DNA of 64,000 bases from Scenedesmus sp. PABB004 (GCA_014905635.1 JABVCE010000004.1:1240001-1304000); one strand, 5' to 3'; shown: positions 12,491-24,576, counted from the stretch's first letter. Translations and numbers: made by a program. Notes: generated from the letters alone by a model not told the origin.

Positions 12491-12810
12491 CCGGCCAGCG
12501 TGGCGGGGGTGCATGAGTCGGGTTGCAACTCCCTCCTGTGCGTCGCTCACTCCCCTGGTCGCAGCCGCTCACGAAACACCGGCCGTGAAGCCTGCGGACG
12601 GCGCACAGCAGCGGGCGGCGTCAGCCAGGGCTGGCAGCGGCGCAGCGCGCGGCGGCCCGGGCCCCCTGCCTCACCTGCAGCCTGCGCGCCGCGCGCTGCT
12701 GCTGCGCCGCTGCCGGCCGGTGGCGACCGCTCTCCGAGGCACGTGCCCCTCTGCTGCTAGCTAGCTGCGCCCCAGCCGCCTCTGCCTGGGACCATGCGCC
12801 GCCCGCCGGC

Positions 12811-13497
12811 TCAGCCGGGGGCGTCGGCGTCGGGGTCAAACGTCGCCGCGACCGCTTCGAGCACCGCCAGCTGCTGCTGCACGGCGCGCGGCAGCACCGC
12901 CAGCGCGCCCGCGTCCAGGGGGCGCAGCTGCGTCGCGCGCTGGTAGCTGTGCTTGGCCAGCGCGCCCTGGTGCGCGGCGCCGCGGGCGCCCGCCGCCGCG
13001 AGCTGGCGCCGCAGGTCAGTCGCGACCGCAAACGCGACGACCTGCCCCCGCTCCACGCCCGGCACGCCCGGCGCGAGGTCCTGCGCGCCAAACGTGAGGT
13101 GCGACAGCCGGCCGTCGGCGGGGTCAAAGTAGCGGAGCCAGCCGCTGCCGCGGCCGCCGCCCGCCGCCGCAAACTTGGCGATCAGGCCGAGCCGCTGCGC
13201 GCCCTCGTCCACCGCCACCAGCGCCGGCGCCGCGGGCGCGGCGCGCACGCGCGCCGCGGCCGCGCGCCCCGGCGCCGCGGCGTCGGGGCGCTGCAGCTCA
13301 AACGCGACCGCCGCGCCGGGCGCGAGCTGCGCGAACGCGAGCCCGCCCTCGCACGCCGAGGCGTGGAAGAACACGTCCTTGGCGCACGAGGGCGAGGCGA
13401 TGAAGCCGAACGCGCCCTTGAGCACGGAGACGCGGCCCAGCAGCGGCGGCGGCGGCGGCGGCGGCGGCGGGTCGCCCGGCTGCTGCTCCGCTGCCAT
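12811..13497 (-). CDS. Cold-shock-domain RNA-binding protein (two CSD/OB folds, CSDE1/UNR-like)
   Basis: GRVSVLKGAFGFI...KDVFFHAS matches RNP1/RNP2 of a CSD. A second degenerate CSD reads GLIAKF...GWL...VERGQVVAFAV. Intronless. Confidence 0.8.
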   Translation of the reverse strand: MAAEQQPGDPPPPPPPPPLLGRVSVLKGAFGFIASPSCAKDVFFHASACEGGLAFAQLAPGAAVAFELQRPDAAAPGRAAAARVRAAPAAPALVAVDEGAQRLGLIAKFAAAGGGRGSGWLRYFDPADGRLSHLTFGAQDLAPGVPGVERGQVVAFAVATDLRRQLAAAGARGAAHQGALAKHSYQRATQLRPLDAGALAVLPRAVQQQLAVLEAVAATFDPDADAPG

Positions 13498-13838
13498 CGC
13501 TGCCCGCCGCCGCGCACGACGCCGCGGGGGAGCTGTGATGAGCGCCACGGGAAGACGGGCGCGGGAGTAGGCGCAGCTTGCCAGGGCGGTCGGCCGGTGT
13601 GAGCGCGAGAGGGCGTCGCGAGCAGTGCTGTGCGTCGGCGCCGGCGGCAGCTCGGCGGGCGAGGTTCAGCAGCTGACGAGCTAGACCAGGGCTCGCTCTC
13701 GCTCGCGGACCAGAGACATAGCAGCGCCGCGCCCAGACCCGCAGCAGCCCGCGGCGCCGCGCGCTGGCCGCGCAGCGTGCTGCTGCCGCTGCTGCTGCCG
13801 CCGCCCGCCGCGCAGGCAGCGGCGGGGCCCCGCCTGGC

Positions 13839-14971
13839 ATGGAGTCGTCGCTTGACGCGACGGCGGAGGCTCAGGGATGCATCAGCACGCCGGCAGCCGG
13901 CGCGGCGCCGGCGTGGCAGCAGCAGCTGCAGCAGCCCGCGCCGCTCGCTTCGGAGCAGCCACCGCCGCTCCCGCAGCCCTACCAGCAGGCACAGCGGCTT
14001 CCGCCGCACCTCCAGCAGCGGCCGTGGGGGCAGCCGGCGCAGCTGCCGCAGCAGCGGGCGCCGCCGGCACCGCACGCCGGCGGCAGCAGCAGCTGGCCGA
14101 GCGCCGGCGGCCCGGGCGGCCAGCGCACCGCAGGCCCGGCGGGCTACGGCGGCGCGAGCGGCGGGCGCGGCGGTAGCGGCCCCCGCGACCGCGGCCCGGG
14201 CTGGGGCGGCGCGAGCGGCGGGCGCGGCGGGCGCGGCGGGCGCGGCTTTGGCGGCCCGTCGCGCCCGGGCTCCGGCCCGCCGCCGTGGGTCAAGCAGGGC
14301 GAGTGGCTGGTGCCGCGCCCGGGCAGCGTGGAGGACGCGGCGGCGCGCGCGGCCGCGGCCGCGGCGCGCTCGGCGGCGCTCGCGGCGGCGACCGGGGGCG
14401 CGGCGGCGCGGCCGCGCCGGGCCCCGTCGCCGCGCCGGAGCGCGTCGTGGTCATCATGCGGGGCCTGCCCGGGTCCGGCAAGTCGACGCGCGCCGCGGCG
14501 ATCGCGGCGGAGGCCGAGGCGCGCGCGCTGGCGGCGGGGGGCCCGCCGGCCGGCGCGGCGCCGGGCGGCGCGCCCGCGCCCGCGCCCGCGGCGGCGGCGG
14601 CCGTGCACTCCACGGACAGCTACTTCATCGACGCCTCTGGGGCCTACGTGTTCAACCCCGAGCTGCTGGGCGTGAACCACGGCAAGTGCTACGACGCGTA
14701 CGCCGCCTCGCTCGCCGCCGGCGTCGGCACGGTCGTGCTCGACAACACCAACCTGCAGCCCTGGCAGTACGAGAAGTACGTGACGGCCGCGTGGCGGCGC
14801 GGCTACCGCGTGCGCGAGGAGGCGGTCGGCGAGTTCACGCCCGACGCGGCGGCGGTCTATGCCGCCCGCAACACGCACGGCGTGCCGCTCGACAAGGTGC
14901 TGCTCATGCTCGACCAGGCGCTTGCCGGCGGCCTCGGCGGCGCGGCGGCGCCGGCGGCGCCGCGCTGGTAA
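13839..14971 (+). CDS. N4BP2-like P-loop (AAA_33/polynucleotide kinase-like) protein with Q/P- and RGG-rich N-terminus; frame break near 14390-14412
   Basis: VVIMRGLPGSGKST, HSTDSYF, YVFNPELLGVNH, VVLDNTN..WQYEKY and ARNTHGVPLDKV match N4BP2L/AAA_33. The N-terminal part is in a different frame. Confidence 0.75.
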
Positions 14972-15191
14972 AAGCGCGCGGGCGGGCGGGTGACGCGAGT
15001 GACAGGAGTCGTTTCCGGTCGCCGCCGCCGGCCGCGGCAGCCTGTTGCAGCTGCCGCCCAAGTCGCCCGAGTCGCGAGCGCGCCCGCACCGCCGCCCGCG
15101 CCGCGCCCGCCCAGCTGACCGGCCTGTGCCAAGCGCGCCCCTTGCGCCGCCGCCGCCGCCGCCGCGGCGCGTCCGCGTCCGCCCGTCGTCC

Positions 15192-18117
15192 TCAGCCCCC
15201 GGCATTGCGCGACGGGAAGCTGGGCATGAGCGCGGGCGCGACGGGGCGCGGCGCCTCGGAGAACCAGGGGTGCGCGAGCGCGTCGCGCGCGGAGATGCGC
15301 TTCGCGGGGTTGAGCGCGAGCAGGCGGTTGAGCAGGTCGAAGCCGGTCTCGTTCAGGAGCGGCTGGCTGCCGAAGAACGCGGGCGGGAAGCGCCGGCGCA
15401 GCGTGCTCTCCTGCGGCTTCCACGTGAGGTTGCGCGCGTCGGGGAGCTGGTCCCAGCCGGGCCAGTCGTCGGCGCGCGGCGTGCCGAGCAGGGCAAAGAC
15501 CTTTTTGATCTGGTCCAGCTCGCCCCGGCCCTGGAAGAGGGGTTCGCCCGCGATGAGCTCGCCCATGATGCAGCCGACGCTCCACATGTCCAGCGCGGTT
15601 GAGTAGAGCGGCTCGCCAAGCAGGCGCTCGATGGAGCGGTACCACAGCGTCACCACCTGGACGCGTGCATGTGCGTGTGCGTGTGGCGGCGGGGTTGGCG
15701 GGCGACGGGTTGGTGGGGCGCGCAGGGTCAGGTGTGGGCGACGGGGCTCAGGGGTGCGAGGGTTTACTGGGCGCCCGGGCGCGGGGGCGCGGCGCTGCGC
15801 AGCGCGGCGCGGCGCGCACCGCGGGCGTGTAGGCGCGCAGGGGCGAGCCGTACTGGCGGGCGAGGCCGAAGTCGCAGATCTTGAGCTGCCCGGTGTTGGA
15901 GTAGAGCAGGTTGGAGGTCTTGAGGTCGCGGTGGATGACCCACTGGTCGTGCAGGTAGGCGATGCCGGCGAGCAGCTGCTGCATGAGGCATTTGACCTGG
16001 TAGGGCAACCGCGCGGCGCCGCGCGCAGCGTCGGGCGGCGGCCCCCGGCAGGCGGCGGCGGCGGCGGCGGCGGGGGGTCGGGCGCCGGCCACGCGCGGCG
16101 CGCGCGCGCACGCAAGCGTGGTGCGCGCGCGGCGCGCGCACCTGGCCGATGCTGAACGGCGGCGCCTTCTTGGCGGCCTGCAGCTCGAGCACGTACTTGA
16201 GGTCATGCTCCACAAACTCCATGACCATGTACACCGCGTCGCGCGCGCCCACCACCACCTGGCGGCAGAGGGAGGGAGAGGGACAGGGAGCGTCAGGAGG
16301 GGGCGAGGGGCGAGGGAGCGGGGCGGGAGGGGAGGGAACGTGCGTGAGCGCCTCACGCGCGGCGGGTCGCGGCCGGCGGCGCGAGGGGGGCGCGCCGTGC
16401 CGCGCCGCGCCGCGGCCGCGCCGCGCCTCTGACACGTTGACGATGTTTTCGTGGTGCAGCGCGAGCAGCACGTTCATCTCGCGCACGCTCGTCTGCGGGA
16501 AGCCGTCGGGGCAGGCCTCGAGCTTGAGCTTCTTGAGCGCGTAGATCGTGCCGCTCGCCTTGCACCGCGCGCGGTGGACCACGCCGTACGTGCCCTCTGC
16601 GCGCGCGCGCGCGGCGGGCCGGCGGCGGCGGTGCCACGCGCCGCTCGGCCGCCGGCGCGCAGAGGGCGCGGCGGCCGCGCCGCGCGCCGCGCGCCGCTCG
16701 CTGCGCGCCGCTCCGACACCACGCGCGCCGGGGGGGGGGGGGGGGGTCGCACCTGAGATGCGGTTGAGCCGCTCGTACTCCTCCACACGGCGGCTCTCCT
16801 CGAGCATCGACTTGTTGAACGGCGCGCCGCCGCCGGGCCCCTCGTCCTCGCTCAGCGCCTCGCCGCCGCCGCCGCCGGGCGACTCGCTCGCGCTGGCCAG
16901 GCCGCCGGCCTCGAGCTCCGCGCGCTCGCGCCTGGGTGCGGCGGCGGCGGCGTCAGCGCACGGCGTCCGCCGCGGCGGCCGCGCGGCCTCCGCCCCCAGC
17001 GGCAGCCGGCGGCCGCCCCCGGCCGGCCCCCAGGCCCACCTGTTGAGCGCCTCCAGCTCCTCGTCGATCGCTGCCCCCGCGCTGCCCGGCGGCGGGGCCT
17101 CGCCCTCCTCCAGGCCGGCGGCCTCGCCCTCGTCGTCGTCGTCCACCGCCCAGCGCGAGCGCGGCGCCGCCTTGGGCGCGTCGGCGGCGCCGTCCTCCTC
17201 CTCCTCGGCCTGCCAGCGCCCGCCGGCCGGCTTGCGCGGCCGGCCCTCGCTGCTGCTGCTGCGGCTGCTGCTGCGCCGCCGGCCGCCGCCGCCGCCGCCG
17301 CCGCCGGGCGAGCCCTCCGAGCTGCTCGGCGATCGGCCGCGGCCGTGCTGCGCGCGCCCTCGGCCGCTGCCGGGCGCGGCGCCGCCGCCCGCCAGCTCCT
17401 GCTGGCGTTGCTTGAACTCGGCCGCCTCGCGCTGCAGGCGCTCCTGCAGGGTCTCCCCCGGCGGCCCGCCGCCGCCGCCGCCGCCATCGCCGCCGCCGCC
17501 GCGGCGGGGCGACTGCCAGACGATGGGCTCGTGCTTGGCGCGCTTGCGCGCGCCGCCGGCGGGCGCCTCGCCCTCCTCCAGCTCCTCAGCCGACGCCGCC
17601 TCCTGCGCGCGGCGCTTGGCCGCCTCCAGGATGGCGCTGCTGAACACGCTGCGGCAACGGCGGCGGCGGCGGCGCGGCGGCGGCACACGTGAGCCGTGCG
17701 GCCCGGCCGCGCCGCGGGCGGCCGCGTGCGTGGGGCCGCCCGCGCCACGCGCGCACCTGGCGCCCAGCACCGGCCCGCCGCGCGCCGCGCCCGCCGACGG
17801 CGGCCGTGGCTTCGGCGGCGTGGTGCTGGCCTGCCCAGCGCGCCCGCCGTCCTGCCGGGGCCGCTCGTCCCTGCCGCGGCGCGCCGGCGGCGGCAGCAGC
17901 GTGAGCGGCAGCAGCAGCAGCGCGGTGCGCGGCGCGGCACGGCGCCGCCACGCGGTGCCGTCGCCGGCGCAGCGGCGCTGCGGGCGGCCCGCCGGCCATC
18001 GCACCTGTCCCGCCCGTCGCGGGGCCCGTCCCGCGCGTGGCCGCCCTGCTGCTTGCCGTGGCGCTCGCCATCACGCGCCCCCCGCTCCCGGCTGTGCCGG
18101 TGGCCCTTGCCCGACAT
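15192..18117 (-). CDS. CDKG: Cyclin-dependent kinase G / CDK11-like
   Basis: [68 protein letters not shown]; long R/S/E-rich N-terminus. Confidence 0.9.
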
Positions 18118-18701
18118 TACGGGCGCGTTGCGGGCCGATCGAAGCGCCGCGAGGCGCGGGTCAGGCGGCCCGGGGCGGCGGCATGGGCCCGTCAGCAGCT
18201 GGCAAAGAGCTGCTGCTGCTCTCCGGTGCCTGGGTGGTGGCCGATGCAGCGCCGCCGCTACTCCAGAGAGTGGTCTGATCGCTGCTCTGCGGTGTGGAGG
18301 CTGGCGGCCTGCTCGCTGCCCGCGGCGGCAGGGGGACTGACAGTGCAGGTTCAGACTGACAGTGCTTTCGCCAGCCCCGCTCTGCGCCCCAGCGGCGTCT
18401 CCGCCCTTCCCGGCCTGCTGTCCACAGCCCCCGCAACCCGACCACTGCCTGGAGACCGTCCGCTGCGCTGCCAGGGCGCTCCCCGCGCCGCACGCGCTCG
18501 CAGCAGCAGGGGGCGTTTTCTTCCCTCCCCGCCGTTGGCACCGCCCGCAGCCGCATGCCCGTGCGCTCGGCGTGACGTCTGCGAGCGCGTGGGCGCGAAT
18601 CCGGCAGCGCCGCGGCGGCGCGCGCAGCGGCGGCGGCGCCGCGCCCCCGCAGCAGCAGCAGCAGCAGGGGCCGCAGCGGCGCAGCGCCGCGCCGCGGCGC
18701 G

Positions 18702-20155
18702 ATGACGCGCCGGCTGCGCGTCGCGTTCCTGCACCCCGACCTGGGCCTTGGCGGCGCGGAGCGGCTGGTGGTGGACGCGTGCATGGAGCTGGCGGCGCGG
18801 GGGCACACGGTCGACATGTACACCGCCTACTACGACCCCGGCCGCTGCTTCGAGGAGACGCGGAGCGGCGCGTTTGCGGTGCTCGTCGCGGGTGGCTGGT
18901 TCCCGCGCTCCGTCGGCGGCCGGCTCGTCGCGGCGTGCGCGGTCGTGCGCTGCGTGCTGGCGGCGCTCTTCCTCGCGATGCGCGTGTGGAGCGGCGCGGT
19001 GCCCGACTATGACGTGCTGGTCGTCGACCAGGTCGCCGCGGTGGTCCCGCTGCTCAAGCTGCTCCTCCCCGGCGCCCGCCTGCTCTTCTACTGCCACTTT
19101 CCCGACCTCCTGCTCAGCGGCGGGCGCGGCAGCCGGATCAAGGCGCTCTACCGCGCGCCGCTCGACGCGCTCGAGCAGGCCGCCACGGGCGCGGCCGACC
19201 TCGCGCTCGTCAACTCAAACTTCACTGCTGCCGTTTACGCGGCCACCTTCACGCGCCTCGCGGCGTCGGGGGCGCCCCCGCCGCGCGTGCTCTACCCCGC
19301 GGTCGCGGTGCCGGGCGAGGCCGACCTCGCGGCCGCGGCGGCGGGCTGGCGCGGCGCGCTGCCGGCGGAGCTCGCCGCGCGCATCGGCAGCGGGCCGACC
19401 TTTCTGTCCATCAACAGGCGCGGCGCGGCGCGGCGCGGAGGGCGGGCCCGCGCAGATGCGGCAGCGGGTGCGAGCGGGCCGGCGCGACCGCGCCGCCGCC
19501 GCCGCCGCCGCCGCCGCAGGTTTGAGCGCAAGAAGGGCATCGGCCTCGCGCTGTCGGCGCTGCAGGAGCTGCTGGCGCGCCGCCCCGACTGCGGCGCGCA
19601 GCTCGTGGTCGCGGGCGGCTACGACGCGCGGCTGCCGGAGAACCGGGAGCACCTGGACGAGCTGCGCGCGCTCGCGGCCGAGCTGGGCGTCGCCGAGCGC
19701 GTCGCGTTCCTGCCGTCGTTCACAGACGGGTGCGGGGGCGCGCGCGGCGCGGCCCGTCGCCGCGCGCGCGCGCGCGCCCGCGCGATGCCGCCGCGCCCGC
19801 ACCTCGCGCGCGCGCCCCGCGCAGGCAGCGCGGCGCGCTGCTGGCGGCGTGCCGTGCCGTGGTGTACACGCCGGCGCACGAGCACTTTGGCATCGTGCCG
19901 CTCGAGGCCATGGTCGCGGGGCGGCCCGTGGTCGCGGTCAACAGCGGGGGGCCCACCGAGAGCGTGCGCCACGGCGAGACGGGCCTGCTGTGCGAGCCGA
20001 CGCCGGCCGCGTTTGCCGACGCGATGGAGGCGCTGCTTGAGCCCAAGGCCGCCGCGCGCATGGGCGCCGCGGCGCGCAAGCACGTCATCGCCCGCTTCTC
20101 GCGCGCCGCGTTTGGCGAGCAGCTTAACGAGTACGTGCTCGCGCTGGCGGCGTGA
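18702..20155 (+). CDS. ALG2: Alpha-1,3/1,6-mannosyltransferase ALG2
   Basis: AFLHPDLGLGGAERLVVD, LFYCHFPD, FLSINRFERKK, YTPAHEHFGIVPLEAM, VNSGGPTE; two introns. Confidence 0.95.
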
Positions 20156-20571
20156 GCGGCGCGGGCGGGCCTGGGCGCGGCGCTGGCGCCTGCGCCGCGC
20201 GATTTTGAGCGGCGAGCTGCGCGGCCCCGGGGCCGCGAATCGGCGATTCGCGGCGACCATTTTTGTGCGAGTCCTGGCTGTGACGCCCTCTCTCGACCCG
20301 GCGGCGTGACTCGCTCGGGCAGGAAGCAAACCGCCAGCCCCCGCGCGCGGCGCGGCGGCGCGGCGGCGCAGCGCAAGCCCCGCCCGCGCCGGCCGGGGTC
20401 GCATGCCCGCCTCGCTCCTCTGCCGCCCCAGAACGCCGGATGCGATCACACCTGCTGCTCCTCGCAAGACTGCGCCAGCTCGCGAGCCCGTGCGCCGTGG
20501 CGGCCGCTCGCTGCTCCTCCCTCGCTGCGCCAGCCCACCGCCGCCGGCGCTCTCGAGCGCGGCCGCTCGCC

Positions 20572-21111
20572 ATGGGCAGCACGGGGGAGGTGCTTCAGCA
20601 GCAGCAGCAGCAGCCGCAGCAGCAGCTACACGACGGCGCGCCAGCAGCGGCGGCGGCACCGGCGCCCGCCGACGGCGGCGAGTTCATCAACACAGGTCCG
20701 GCGGGCCGCCCTGCCCCAGGTCCAGCTGCTCGGCCGCCGCTGCTGCTGTCGGCGGCGGCCGCCGACGCGCCGCGCTCCGCGGCACGCCGCGCGTGCGCCG
20801 CAGGGCTGCTGACGTGGCTGGAGCGGCGGCGGGAGTGGACGGCGCGGCGCGCGTCCGGCGACGCCAAGCGCAGCTCGCGCAAGCGAACCTACTCGCCCGC
20901 GGTGACGCCGGAGCAGGTGCTGTCGTTCGCGCCGTTCCCCAAGCCGGTGCCGCTCGAGGTGCGGGCGCGCTGCGGGCTGCCGCCGCCGAGCTAGCACCGC
21001 GCCCGCGCGCCGCCGCCGCTCAGCCGCCGCCCCGCGTCGCTCCGTCGGGCGCGCGCGCAGGACGTGGTCGAGGTGCTGACCGAAGTGTGGGAGCAGGAAG
21101 ACTTTTACTGA
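20572..21111 (+). CDS. DUF4050 (Gag1-like clamp) small protein
   Basis: EFINTGLLTWLERRREW...PFPKPVPLEDVVEVLTEVWEQEDFY*; three exons. Confidence 0.8.
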
Positions 21112-21269
21112 CCCGGGGGCCGCGCGCATGTACAGCAGCGGGGCGGGCGGCGAGCCGATCGGCGCTGCGCGCCGCCGGCGGCGGGGGCGGGGGCGGGCGC
21201 CCAGTGGCGCCCGCCACGCCGCGCTGCGCGGCGATGGTGCGGCGGCGTGAGTCGTCACTGGGGGTTGGC

Positions 21270-23416
21270 TCAGAATTCGTCGCTGTCGATCGCAAAGCCC
21301 GCGGTCGAGCGCTCGCCGCTGTCGTGCGACAGCCCCGTCGCCTCGCCCGCCGGCGCCGGCTGGGCCGGCAGGGCGCCTGGCCGCGCCGCAAACGCCGCCG
21401 CCGCGAGGCCGAGCTCGCCCTCGTCGCAGTCCAGGTCGTCCAGGCCCTGCGAGCGGCGGCGGGCGGCCGGCCGTGAGCACTGAGCACTGCGGTGACAGCG
21501 GGGCTGGCGGAGCGCGGCGGTCGGCTGCGGCCGGCAAGCGCCCCACCTCCAGCGGCAGGCTGATGTCCTCGGTGACGTCCCCCAGCTCGCTGGAACCCAG
21601 CTCCTCGCCCCCCTCGGCCGCCGCGCCCGCGTGCGCAGCGGCGGGCGGCGCCCACGCCGCCTGCGGCTGGCCCGCGCCCGCGCCGCCGCCGCTGCCGCTG
21701 CGCGGCAGCTGCCCTCGCGCCTCCTGCAGCAGCTGGCGCTGCTCAGCGATGGTAAAATCGTCGCTCGACTCGCTGCCGCCCTCCTCGCTCTCCGGGCCGG
21801 CAGCGATGCCAAACACCAGGGCCGCCGCGCCGGCAGGCGTGGCGGCCGGCGGCCGCGACGTCGGCGGCGCCGCCGCCCACGGCGCGCCGGCGCCGTCGGC
21901 CTCCGTGGCGGCAGCTCCGCCGCCCAGCAGGCCCGCGCGCAGCAGCTCGTCGCGGAGGCCCTCCGACGAGGCCCTGCCCGCCAGCCCGCCGGGTGCCTTG
22001 AGGGCGGGCAGCGGCGCGAGCTTGTTCGACCTGCGTGCGCGCGTTGGCCGGGCGGCGTGCACGTGCGTGAGCCGCTCGGCCAACCGCTGCCGTCGACGGC
22101 GGCTCGCGCGAGCTCACCGCAGGGGCGCCAGCGGCTCCAGCGCGGCCAGGCGGCCGGCAGGCGGCCCAGGCGCGAGCGCGCCTGCGACGGCGGACGGGCT
22201 GCTCGCTGCCGGCGCGGAGGGCACAGCGCTGCCGCTCGCCAGCTCCAGGCAGCTCTCCTCCTCCCCCTCCTCCTCTTCCTGCTGCTGCTGCTGCTGCTGC
22301 GCCGCCGCCACCGTCGCAGCCGCAGGCGCCGCGGCCGCGCCGCGCACGGGGCGCGCGGGGGGCGCGGCGCGCGGCGAGCTGCCGCCGCTGCCCCCGCTGC
22401 TGCTGCCGGCGCTGGCCTCGCGGCCGCTGCGCGCGTGCGCCTCCAGCTGGCGGGCGGCGCGGCCGCGGCCGGCGGCGGCGGCAGCGCGCGTCAGTCGAGC
22501 GGCCGCGGGCGGCGCGGCGCGCGCGAGGGCGCTGCGTGGCACTCACAAACAGGCGGGAGTACTCTGCCTCGGCCTCCTGGTCCTCCTCTGCCTGATCCTC
22601 CGACTGCGCACCAAACTCCTCCTCCTCGGCCGCCGCCGCCGCGTCGTCATCGCTGTCCGGCGCGTGCGCCGGGATCAGGCCGCCCTCGGCGCTCGCCTGC
22701 TCGGCCAGCGGCGCCGGCGCCGGCGGCGCGCCGCCGAGGCGCGCGCCGAGCAGCTGCGCCAGCAGCGGGCGGCCGTCGTCCTCCTCCAGCCCCTGCGCGG
22801 CGCGCGGCGGTCGCGGGGCGGCCGGCCGGGGCGCTGGCGAGCGGCGCGGCGCGGCGCGTACCAGCTGCTCCCGCAACGCGGCGCGGTCCCACGCCGCTGG
22901 CGGCAGCCCCATCTCGGGCTCATACACCTGCGGCGGCGCGGCGGTGCGGTGCGGTGCGGCGCGCTCCTGCGAGCTGGCGGCGGGGGCGCCGACGTCGAGC
23001 CCCTGCGCCGCGCACCTGCTGCGTGAAGCGCAGGCCTGCGCAGACCATGAACTCGCCCACCAGCGCCGCCGCCGCGGCGCCGGCGGGGTCGGCCAGCACC
23101 GCCTCGCCGCGCGCCGCCGCGTCGGGCCGGCCGCCGAGGCCCCCGCCGCCGAGCGCGACGTCCTGGTCGTGGATGGCGGCGAACACGTTTGCGCGCAGCT
23201 CCGCCTTGAGCCGCGCGAGCACGCCGCGGCCGTCCAGCGCGGCCGCCACGCGCTGCGGTCGGTGATGGGAATGGTGTGTGTGTGTGTGTGTGGGGGGGGG
23301 GGTCAGTCAGGGCGGCTCGACCGCGTGCGGACAAAGAGCAGCGGCCGCGCGCGAGCAGCGACCGACGCGGCGGCGGCGATCGCCCGGCGCGCCTGCTTGA
23401 CCAGCTCCAGGTCCAT
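21270..23416 (-). CDS. FOP/CEP43/TONNEAU1-like LisH centrosomal protein
   Basis: ALDGRGVLARLKAELRANVF (TOF motif), ALVGEFM...LRFTQQVYEPE (LisH), GRPLLAQLL; acidic disordered C-terminus. Internal exon borders are approximate. Confidence 0.75.
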
Positions 23417-23853
23417 GGCACCGCTCGCCACCCGCGCAGGCGGGCGGGGAACAGGAGAGAGCGCCGCGCGTCGGTCAGAGCGCTTCGCGCACGCCGGCGT
23501 TGGAGCGCTTGAGCTGTCGACCTTTGCGAGCGAGTTGCGGATGCACAGCGAAGGTTGCTGCGTCGAGAGCGGCATGGGAGGGCTGCCGGAGCGGCGGCGC
23601 TGAAACTCAAACCAAGCGTCGCGACGCGTCGCGTGCGCGCCCTGCCTGGACGGAGTCCGGAAGCGCGCAACGCTCCTGGAGATGCCCAGCTCAAGGAGCC
23701 ACCCCGCGCGGTCACGTCCGCCAGCGAAACGCCCGCCGCCGCCTGGCACCACCGCCGCTGCCGCGCTGCTGCTGCTGCGCCGCCGCCGCTGCCTTCCAGG
23801 GCCGGGCATGGGGGGGCAAGGCGGGGGCCTGAGGCGCAGCTGAGGCGGCCGCC

Positions 23854-24522
23854 ATGGCGGCCGGCGTGCTCCGGCGCTTCGCCGGCGTGGCGGCGCAGCA
23901 GCAGGGTCTCGCCGCGGCCGCCTTCTTCCTGCTGGGCCTGCTCAATAACGCGTCGTACGTGATCATGATCGCCAGCGCGAATGATATTCATCCGAGCGCC
24001 GTGGGGCTGGTGTATTTGGTGCGCCGCTCACGCGCCGGCTGGCCAGCGCCGCGCGGCGCGGCACTCAGCGCGCGCAGCGCTGAGCGGTGAGCACGCCCCG
24101 CGCAGGCCGCGATCGGCCCCACCATCCTGGTCAAGCTCAGCGCGCCGTACTGGTTCCACCGCGTGCCCTACGCGCCGCGGTTCTGGGCCGCCGCGGGGCT
24201 CATGGCGTCGAGCTTTGCGGCCGTCGCCCTCGGCGGCGGACCGGCGCGCCAGCTCGCCGGCGTCGCGCTCGTCGCGGTCCAGGGCGGCCTCGGCGAGGCG
24301 TCGGCGCTCGCGCTCTGCGCGCTGCACCCGCCCGCGCAGCTCTCCCTCACGGCGTGGGCCAGCGGCACCGGGCTTGCCGGCGTCGCCGGCTACGCCTGGG
24401 TCGCGGCGCTGCGCCGCTGGCTGCGCTGGAGCTTCCGGTCGACGCTGCTGCTCGCCGCGCTGCTGCTGCCAACCGCGTGGCTGCTCGTCTTCCATGCCCT
24501 GCTGCAGCGCGGCCGCCCACCG

Positions 24523-24576
<54 letters not shown>

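Noticed and set aside
19418..19519. In-frame stop-free introns (ALG2 102 nt, CLN3 66 nt, mTERF 93 nt) as regulated exitrons
   Set aside because: About a third of introns are 3n by chance and stops are scarce here; retention would break conserved motifs.
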